DNA of 11,107 nucleotides from Deltaproteobacteria bacterium (GTDB lineage: Bacteria; Bdellovibrionota; FAC87; UBA2466), in NCBI GenBank assembly GCA_013205415.1, contig JABMMY010000118.1:1-11107 (forward strand). Reading direction: 5' to 3'. The notes below the pieces were generated by a model that saw only the letters and a program-made list of their open reading frames with translations, ran no database searches and was not told the origin of the DNA. This document shows positions 1 through 6,341 of the stretch, piece by piece. The number at the start of each line of letters is the position of its first letter. Within the stretch, counting starts at the first letter, position 1. A program made the position numbers and the translations under genes.

Positions 1-128
1 AAAAAGCACGGAGGCGATGCTGAAGGCATCGTCGAGTACTTTTTTCGACTGTGACGAAGCGCTGGTCAAGCCTCTTGCAAAATATTATGCTTTAGGTCAT
101 GAAAGAGGTCTACTAGGTGAGGAATTCA

Positions 129-1208
129 ATGACATCAAAACACAACACTAAAAACTGGATGATCTATGGAGCCAATGGCTTCACCGGAAAGTTAATCGCT
201 AGAGAGGCTAAACGGCGAAAAATGTCGGTAGTTTTAGCTGGGAGATCCGCTGATAAACTAAAGAGCCTAGCCTTTGAACTAGATCTTCCCTACCAGGCCT
301 TTTCCCTTAGTAATATCGATGACATTAAAGCAAATCTCAAAAATATTTCTCTGGTTCTTCTGTGTGCAGGCCCCTTCTCCGAGACCAGTCAAGTTATGCT
401 GCAGGCCTGCCTGTCTTTAGGTATTCATTATCTTGATATTACCGGTGAGATTTCCGTTTTAGAGAGGGTGTTGTCTCAAGATGCCGAGGCAAAAAAGCGG
501 GGCTCGGTTTTAATTCCCGGGGTGGGCTTTGATGTGGTTCCCTCCGATTGTCTCGCAGCCCTTTTAAGCGAAAAACTTCCTGCGGCACAGGAGCTAAATT
601 TGGCCTTTCACGGTGAAGCCACTTTAAGTCCTGGAACTACAAAAACGATGCTTGAAATACTTCCCAGGGGAGGAAAAATCAGGAGAGAGGGAAAGCTTAT
701 TACCATTCCGAGCTTTTCTGTTTTCAAACAGATCTCTTTTAATGGAAAATCTATTCACTGTGCGGCTATTCCCTGGGGAGATGTGGCCTCTGCTTTTTAC
801 TCCACTCAAATACCTAATATCACAGTGTATGGATCGGCACCTAAATGGAGTCGTTTTTTTAAAAACCCACTACGTTTAATGAGTCCTATTTTACGCCACA
901 CTAAAATACAGACACTTTTAAGATCCCAGATCGATAAATACATTCATGGTCCCACAGAGCTGCAGCAAAAAAATGCCAGAATGCATCTTTGGGGAGAGGT
1001 GCTTAATAGTTCAACACGGATTGAAGGCTCCTTAGAGATTCCAGAGGGCTACCATTTCACCATGCTTACCGCCTTAAGATCGGTAGAGATGGTTTTAGAG
1101 GGCAAGGTAAAAGCGGGAAGCTACACACCCTCCTTAGCCTTCGGAGCCGACTTCATTAAAGGTTTTGAAAATATAAAACTAACCTTCAAGGAATCCTCTT
1201 TTTCATGA
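129..1208 (+). CDS. Saccharopine dehydrogenase-like NAD(P)-binding oxidoreductase (Sacchrp_dh_NADP family reductase)
   Basis: Long ORF from the track (117..1208; codon 117 is GTG). An N-terminal Rossmann motif MIYGANGFTGKLIA is typical of saccharopine-dehydrogenase/trans-acting enoyl-reductase-like proteins. The ATG at 129 follows an AGGTGAGG Shine-Dalgarno at 115-122 with a 6-nt spacer. Alternative starts are GTG 117 and ATG 159. The stop overlaps the start of the next gene (ATGA at 1205-1208). Confidence 0.85.
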   Translation: MTSKHNTKNWMIYGANGFTGKLIAREAKRRKMSVVLAGRSADKLKSLAFELDLPYQAFSLSNIDDIKANLKNISLVLLCAGPFSETSQVMLQACLSLGIHYLDITGEISVLERVLSQDAEAKKRGSVLIPGVGFDVVPSDCLAALLSEKLPAAQELNLAFHGEATLSPGTTKTMLEILPRGGKIRREGKLITIPSFSVFKQISFNGKSIHCAAIPWGDVASAFYSTQIPNITVYGSAPKWSRFFKNPLRLMSPILRHTKIQTLLRSQIDKYIHGPTELQQKNARMHLWGEVLNSSTRIEGSLEIPEGYHFTMLTALRSVEMVLEGKVKAGSYTPSLAFGADFIKGFENIKLTFKESSFS

Positions 1209-2335
1209 AGTATCTTTTTACATTATTTATTTTTAGTTTTTGTACAGGTCACTGTTTTTCACGCGTGAGAGATTTAGGCATTGCTCTACCTGGAAGCCCT
1301 GGAAAATTAAATTCACTTGCAGACATTCAAGGAGTTGAGGTGGGTCACGTCACCCTTATCTCGGGTGTAGGCCCCCTTATCATTGGAAAGGGGCCTATTC
1401 GCACGGGAGCGACCGCTATTTTTCCAAAAGGAAAGGTAAACAGTCCCGTTCCCGCAGCTTGGTTTTCTTTAAATGGAAATGGAGAACTCACCGGCACCAC
1501 ATGGATAGAGGAGACCGGTTTTTTAGATGGCCCTATTATTTTGACCAATACCAATAGTGTTGGAGTGGCTCGCGATGCCGTTCAATCTTGGGCAAATCTG
1601 AATTTAGCGTCGAAAGAAAACACCCTAGCCGATGATCCCGCATCTCTTCCGGTCGTAGGAGAAACATGGGATGGAAGGCTTAATGATCTTCGAGGTAATC
1701 ATGTCACCAAAGAAAAGGTATTTGAGGCTTTAAACAATGCAAAACCTGGCCCCTTCGCCGAAGGTAATGTAGGTGGTGGCACAGGGATGGTTTCCTTTGG
1801 CTATAAATCTGGCATCGGCACTAGCTCCAGACAAATTCAAATAGGAAAAGAAAAATATATGTTGGGTGCTTTAGTCCAATCCAATTTTGGTACTAGAGAC
1901 GAACTACAAATTAACGGAAAAAATATCGCAAAGATCTTTAAGGACCCCATACCCAAACTTAATCTCTCCTCGCAAAAGGACGGATCCATTATCGTTGTTA
2001 TTGGAACCGATGCACCCCTGCTATCTCAGCAACTTAAACGAGTCGCAAAGAGAGTGTCTTTAGGAATTGGTAAGGTAGGCGGCATCGCACATGATTCCTC
2101 CGGAGATATCTTCATCGCCTTTTCAACTAGGGTACCCAAAAAAAACAAACAACTTTTGGTTTATGAATCGATCCCAAATGAGGATATGGATGAAATTTTT
2201 AGAGCTACTATCGAGGCAACTGAAGAGGCTATTTTAAATGCACTGGTTGCAGCCACAGGTATGACCGGTATTAATGAAAATAGGGTGGAGGCCATTTCTC
2301 ACGAAAAGCTTCGCACCCTATTTCAGAATAGGTAA
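1205..2335 (+). CDS. dmpA: DmpA/peptidase S58 family L-aminopeptidase/D-Ala-esterase-amidase homolog (Ntn hydrolase), probably exported
   Basis: Residues 20-125 (RVRDLGIALPGSPGKLNSLADIQGVEVGHVTLISG...GPIRTGATAIF...NGNGELTGTTWIEETGFLDGPIILTNTNSVG) closely match the conserved N-terminal region of DmpA-type self-processing aminopeptidases. A candidate autoproteolytic Gly-Ser site is KDG/SIIVVIGTDAPL (G260/S261). An 18-19 aa hydrophobic N-terminal extension (MKYLFTLFIFSFCTGHCFS) resembles a Sec signal peptide. The start is coupled to the upstream stop (ATGA). Confidence 0.88.
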   Translation: MKYLFTLFIFSFCTGHCFSRVRDLGIALPGSPGKLNSLADIQGVEVGHVTLISGVGPLIIGKGPIRTGATAIFPKGKVNSPVPAAWFSLNGNGELTGTTWIEETGFLDGPIILTNTNSVGVARDAVQSWANLNLASKENTLADDPASLPVVGETWDGRLNDLRGNHVTKEKVFEALNNAKPGPFAEGNVGGGTGMVSFGYKSGIGTSSRQIQIGKEKYMLGALVQSNFGTRDELQINGKNIAKIFKDPIPKLNLSSQKDGSIIVVIGTDAPLLSQQLKRVAKRVSLGIGKVGGIAHDSSGDIFIAFSTRVPKKNKQLLVYESIPNEDMDEIFRATIEATEEAILNALVAATGMTGINENRVEAISHEKLRTLFQNR

Positions 2336-2390
2336 ATTCTATCGCTTGAAACGCGACAACATCTATTTAAGGTAATTGATGTTTAGCAAA

Positions 2391-3818
2391 TTAATCTACG
2401 ATCCTATATTTATCAAAACGGTCGTTTCTTAATTCACCCCAAGCCTCACCCACATGGCCATTGGTTTGAATATGCTCAGCCGCTTTAAAGCCCATGTCAA
2501 AACACTGGTCGGAATTATTGTAATTAAAGTCACCTAGGCGACCCACAAAATAGATATTATTAAACTCCTTCTCAAGGGATCTAATTTTCGCAATTCGCTC
2601 CTGATATCCAATGCGATAAACGGGATAAAAATTTCGAAAACGTTTCGAGAAGTTTTTAACTATTTGATCCCGTTTAAATAACTTTAAAGGCTTTAATTGA
2701 TCCAGTAATAAATCCCCTAAGTGGGAATCATCCATAGACCAAGTGGGATCAAGATCATCGCAGGTAAAATCAACCATCAATGCCGTATGACCTAGTGGCG
2801 CCGTATAGGGGCTAAATTTGGTCATCTCACTAAGACGCCCAAACCGAAATCGAGATTCCGGATAGAAAACCCACATAGCTGGCAACACCGGCTGAGATTT
2901 CAGGAGATAGTAATAGATAATAGTATGCCTAAACGAAACAAAGCGACACGCCTGACGAACATCGGCTGCAAGTTGCGGTATAAGATCGGCAATCGTTTGC
3001 ATAGGAATCGTATAAACTACGTCATCACACGACATAGTTTGGAGCATTCCCGATTTATCCTCAAAACTCACACCAGAAACCTTTCCATTTTGTAATTTTA
3101 ATTCCTTTACCTTTACGCCCAGATGAAACTTCACGCCATTAGCTTCGCTCTTTTGTTTTAATTTTTCTGGAATCATTCCAAATCCATACTTTGGATAATG
3201 AAAATTAGGCGCTGAAATCGTCTTGTCTATTTTTTTACGAGAAAGAAGCTGCTTCATCACAGACACTAATCCTGGAGAGGAGATTCTCACCTCTGCTAAA
3301 TGGGGATCTAGTTGACTGGGATTGCCAAACATCTTATTCGCCATAGGCTCAAAGATCTGTTGATAGAGTGATTTCCCAAATCTCTGAATGATAAAATCTT
3401 CATAGCTTTTGGGATCCACCTTGTTTTTGAAGTTTTTAGCGGCAGACACCCCAAAGCTTGCTAGAATCTCTAAGCTTTTTTGAGGCGGAAACTTCGTGAG
3501 CATTTCGGTCATTTTCAATGGGAAATCGAAGTATTTTCCATTGATAAATAAATTCTGAGATTTTTCTCTTACTAAAAAATCGTCACCCATCAATTGACAC
3601 ATCTCCTCTAAAACGCCCTCGATCAATGTGTAAAATTTATGCGGACCATAATCTAAAATAAAACCATCTTCACGAAAGCTCCGACAGAGTCCTCCGACTT
3701 CAGATTCTTTCTCAAATACATGAACCTCTGTATCTGGATTTTGACTCAGCCGATAGGCAGCCGAAAGGCCCGTCACACCAGCTCCCAAAACCACGACACG
3801 CTTTTTTTGAGTCGTCAT
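2391..3818 (-). CDS. FAD-dependent oxidoreductase, UDP-galactopyranose mutase (Glf)-like / amine-oxidase-fold flavoprotein
   Basis: N-terminal dinucleotide-binding motif VVVLGAGVTGLSAAYRL...VHVFEKESEVGG. Glf-like motifs are LDYGPHKFYT (compare YGAHIFHT), SLYQQIFEPMANKMFG, and the C-terminal FVGRLGDFNYNNSDQCFDMGFKAA (compare GGRLAEYKYYDMHQVISAA). At 475 aa it is longer than canonical bacterial Glf (about 370-400 aa). The ATG overlaps the stop of the upstream methyltransferase (ATGA at 3815-3818). Confidence 0.8.
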   Translation of the reverse strand: MTTQKKRVVVLGAGVTGLSAAYRLSQNPDTEVHVFEKESEVGGLCRSFREDGFILDYGPHKFYTLIEGVLEEMCQLMGDDFLVREKSQNLFINGKYFDFPLKMTEMLTKFPPQKSLEILASFGVSAAKNFKNKVDPKSYEDFIIQRFGKSLYQQIFEPMANKMFGNPSQLDPHLAEVRISSPGLVSVMKQLLSRKKIDKTISAPNFHYPKYGFGMIPEKLKQKSEANGVKFHLGVKVKELKLQNGKVSGVSFEDKSGMLQTMSCDDVVYTIPMQTIADLIPQLAADVRQACRFVSFRHTIIYYYLLKSQPVLPAMWVFYPESRFRFGRLSEMTKFSPYTAPLGHTALMVDFTCDDLDPTWSMDDSHLGDLLLDQLKPLKLFKRDQIVKNFSKRFRNFYPVYRIGYQERIAKIRSLEKEFNNIYFVGRLGDFNYNNSDQCFDMGFKAAEHIQTNGHVGEAWGELRNDRFDKYRIVD

Positions 3819-4783
3819 ACGCTTTTTACCTTTCTGGCAATGACCCTTGTCTGCGCGGCAAAATAGGGAATCAGAGTTTTATCTAAAGATAATGACTTCA
3901 CGAGCCTTCCCATTAGTTTTGCAGGCTTGGGTAAATAGGCCTCTAGTCGATAGGTTAGGTAACCTAACTGTAACCATTGAAAATGAGGTTTGCTAGATAT
4001 CACCTCAAAACCTGCGGTTTCTAACATCGCCTTAATGGTCTTGGGAACAAAGTAATAAAGATGAACCGAAAGAATGAACCAATAGTTCTTTCCTGCCAGC
4101 TTCGCCATCGGATTTCCAATGTTGGGATAATTAATAACCACAATTCCATCATCCTTTAGGTAGGCATTGCAGGTTTTTAATACCGCTTTAGGATCAAAGG
4201 TATGTTCCAGTACATCCCAAAGGGTGATGCAGTCTAATTTTTTTTGTGGCGCAGGGGCCGTTTCTAAAGTTCCACAGGTAATATTCACATTGTAGTTTTT
4301 ATTTCCGTAATTAGAGAGGTATTGAGAGGGTTCGATACCATAAGTTTCCCAGCCTCGCTCTTTAGCTACCTTCAGGAAAAATCCAGCGGCAGCACCGATA
4401 TCTAAAATGGCGCCCCCTTTTTTATACTCCTCCACCGAATCTAAACAACGTTCAAAACTTTTGATTCTTCCTACCGCTTGAGACACATAAGTGGGATCTT
4501 CAGCCTCGGTATAACTTTTAAGAATTAAATCTCGTCTGAGTCTAGGAGAGGTATAGATAAGATTGCAGTCGGTACATTCGACTAAGGTCTCTTTTGAAAC
4601 AAAGTTTCCAGAGGCGCTATAGGAGGTCAGTAACTTTTCCGTGTCTGGATCTGTAGTGCCATGATATTTCACCTTAGAATTTCTGCTTCCACAAAGATTA
4701 CAGGCCACCTCTTCCCATAGGGATTCGGTCTTAGGATTCATTGGAACTACACGTTCGGTACTGCGGACAGCTTGGGCTTGCAT
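3815..4783 (-). CDS. Class I SAM-dependent methyltransferase with N-terminal Cys4 zinc-ribbon (sugar C-/O-methyltransferase-like)
   Basis: N-terminal CNLCGS...CTDCNLIYTSP matches the zinc-binding domain seen in NDP-sugar C-methyltransferases. Motif I is ILDIGAAAGFFLKVA, the acidic loop is ETYGIEPS, and motif II is DCITLWDVLEHTFDP. A strong SD (GGAGGAAGAATC) lies immediately before the ATG at 4783. The gene overlaps the 3' end of the upstream GT2 gene by 37 nt. Confidence 0.85.
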   Translation of the reverse strand: MQAQAVRSTERVVPMNPKTESLWEEVACNLCGSRNSKVKYHGTTDPDTEKLLTSYSASGNFVSKETLVECTDCNLIYTSPRLRRDLILKSYTEAEDPTYVSQAVGRIKSFERCLDSVEEYKKGGAILDIGAAAGFFLKVAKERGWETYGIEPSQYLSNYGNKNYNVNITCGTLETAPAPQKKLDCITLWDVLEHTFDPKAVLKTCNAYLKDDGIVVINYPNIGNPMAKLAGKNYWFILSVHLYYFVPKTIKAMLETAGFEVISSKPHFQWLQLGYLTYRLEAYLPKPAKLMGRLVKSLSLDKTLIPYFAAQTRVIARKVKSV

Positions 4784-5736
4784 GATTCTTCCTCCGTAAA
4801 TAGGGTTGTATTATTTATAATAATGGGTTTTCTGGTTTGATATTGTCGACGATATAACACCTGAAGTTCTGAAAACTTAACATTAAGTGTATTCAAAATG
4901 AGACCTGTAGTGAACAGTCCCACAGAGGCCACCGCAACCAGCATTTGTAAAAATAAATTACTTTGAAAAAGAGAATGAATCGTCATGAATCCCACCAAAG
5001 TGAGCCCCATTGAAACCATTGAAAAAAACAGAAGAGGTCTTAGATCTCGCATTAGCCAGACAATCGTCAGCAAAACTTTATAACCATCTGAAAATGTTTT
5101 TAATTTACTATGGCTATTAAGGGGACGCTCTCCATAAGCAAGTGGAAGTTCTTTTATCGAAAAGCCATTCATCAAAGAGTAAACGGTCAATTCGGTTTCT
5201 ACCTCAAAACCATTTCTTAATAAGGGAATATTTTTTACGAAATAATGGGTCATCACACGATAACCAGAACAGATATCGGTAAAGGAGCTATTAAAAATGG
5301 TATTGATCAAACGAATAATGAGTTGATTTCCAAATTGATGAAATTTTCTAAAAGCATGGGTAGATTCGGCCTGTCGACTTCCCACAGCCATTTCGGCTTC
5401 GCCTGCTAATACGGGTGCTAAAAGTTGCCAGACCCCTTTAGGATCGTAGGTATCGTCCGAATCTACCATGATATAGAGATCGGCCTCGACCACCTCAAAC
5501 ATACGACGAACTACATTTCCTTTTCCTTTGCGGGGAACTAAAACAACTCTCGCACCTTCAGCATTGGCAATTTCACGACTTCTATCGGTAGAACCATTAT
5601 CAAATACATAGATATCAAGATTTGGAATTTCAGTTCTAAAATCACGAATCACTTTAGCCAGGGTGAGCTCTTCATTTAAACAGGGCAGCAAAAGAGCAAT
5701 TTTAAGATGTTGAATATCTTTTTTGCTGACTCTCAT
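4747..5736 (-). CDS. GT2 family polyprenyl-phosphate glycosyltransferase (GtrB/ArnC/DPM1-like) with C-terminal 2-TM anchor
   Basis: GT-A motifs LLPCLNEE, DNGSTDRS and MVDSDDTYDP (DxD). Two C-terminal hydrophobic helices (LLTIVWLMRDLRPLLFFSMVSMGLTLVGFMTIHSLF and LVAVASVGLFTTGLILNTL) are typical of Und-P/Dol-P sugar synthases. The ATG at 5736 (MRVSKK) has an upstream GGAAAG SD-like element. The track ATG at 5766 would overlap the divergent EVE gene region and lacks an SD. Confidence 0.82.
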   Translation of the reverse strand: MRVSKKDIQHLKIALLLPCLNEELTLAKVIRDFRTEIPNLDIYVFDNGSTDRSREIANAEGARVVLVPRKGKGNVVRRMFEVVEADLYIMVDSDDTYDPKGVWQLLAPVLAGEAEMAVGSRQAESTHAFRKFHQFGNQLIIRLINTIFNSSFTDICSGYRVMTHYFVKNIPLLRNGFEVETELTVYSLMNGFSIKELPLAYGERPLNSHSKLKTFSDGYKVLLTIVWLMRDLRPLLFFSMVSMGLTLVGFMTIHSLFQSNLFLQMLVAVASVGLFTTGLILNTLNVKFSELQVLYRRQYQTRKPIIINNTTLFTEEESCKPKLSAVPNV

Positions 5737-5794
5737 AAAATCACTTTCCGACTTCTCTCTTTGCATTAGAGTTAGGCCATGCTATTCGAACTTA

Positions 5795-6289
5795 ATGTCT
5801 AAAAAAGAAACACCGCAATTTTGGTTAATGAAAACGGAACCCAATGTTTTCTCCTTCGAAGATCTGGTTAAAGCTCCAAATCGCACCACCTGTTGGGAAG
5901 GTGTGAGAAACTACCAGGCCCGAAATTTTATGCGTGATACTTTTAAAAATGGGGATCAAGTACTAATATATCATAGTAATGTGGCTGAGCCAGCAGTCTT
6001 CGGTATTGCCACAGTGGTCCGAGAGGGATATCCCGATCTTCACGCTTTAGATCCTAAAAGTGAATATTTTGACGAGGCGGCTAAAACAAAGGGAATCTCT
6101 CCGTGGATTATGGTGGATGTGAAAGCAACTCACCGCTTCAAAAATCCCGTTTATCGAGAGCAGCTAAAAAAGGAGCCGAAAGTAAAAACCATAATGGTAT
6201 TACAACGCGGAGCAAGACTTTCGGTTCAACCCGTTTCTAATGAACACTTTGATTTGATTCTTAAGCTAGGCATGCCAGTGAAGGTGTAA
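5795..6289 (+). CDS. EVE domain (PUA-like) protein
   Basis: Protein begins MSKKETPQFWLMKTEPNVFSFEDL, the hallmark N-terminus of EVE domain proteins (WLMK-EP). Length about 164 aa fits the family. The track ORF begins at 5723, but the extra 24 aa are non-conserved and would overlap the divergent GT2 start. The start choice is uncertain (no strong SD). Confidence 0.75.
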   Translation: MSKKETPQFWLMKTEPNVFSFEDLVKAPNRTTCWEGVRNYQARNFMRDTFKNGDQVLIYHSNVAEPAVFGIATVVREGYPDLHALDPKSEYFDEAAKTKGISPWIMVDVKATHRFKNPVYREQLKKEPKVKTIMVLQRGARLSVQPVSNEHFDLILKLGMPVKV

Positions 6290-6295
6290 CCAGAC

Positions 6296-6335
6296 TCTGC
6301 TGAAAAAGTCGTCTTAACCGAAATTTTTCAGCAGA
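6296..6335. terminator. Bidirectional intrinsic terminator-like hairpin between convergent genes
   Basis: Perfect 12-bp inverted repeat TCTGCTGAAAAA (6296-6307) and TTTTTCAGCAGA (6324-6335) with a 16-nt loop. It lies 7 nt after the EVE gene stop and 6 nt after the protease gene stop on the other strand. The A/T runs at the stem ends provide a U-tract in both orientations. Confidence 0.5.
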
Positions 6336-6341
6336 ATCTAT

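Noticed and set aside
624-809. 61-aa ORF on the - strand inside the reductase gene
   Set aside because: It is entirely antisense to a well-supported CDS and has no recognisable motifs, so it is a spurious overlapping frame.
652-879. 75-aa ORF on the + strand in an alternative frame within the reductase gene
   Set aside because: It overlaps the real CDS out of frame and is low complexity (MKYFPGEEKSGERESLL...), so it is spurious.
1345-1554. 69-aa antisense ORF inside the dmpA-like gene
   Set aside because: It is antisense to the strongly conserved DmpA N-terminal region. Its Gly/Pro-rich translation is an artefact of the GC-rich codons on the opposite strand.
2342-2356. Small hairpin TCGC-ttgaaac-GCGA between the convergent dmpA-like gene and the flavoprotein gene
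   Set aside because: It has only a 4-bp stem and no flanking U-tract, which is too weak to call a terminator.
5723-5794. Longer N-terminus for the EVE protein (track start ATG 5723) and longer N-terminus for the GT2 (track start 5766)
   Set aside because: Using both would make the divergent genes overlap head-to-head by about 44 bp. The extra residues are non-conserved, and the internal ATGs (5795 for EVE; 5736 for GT2, which has an SD-like element) give the family-typical N-termini. The longer forms are retained only as alternatives.
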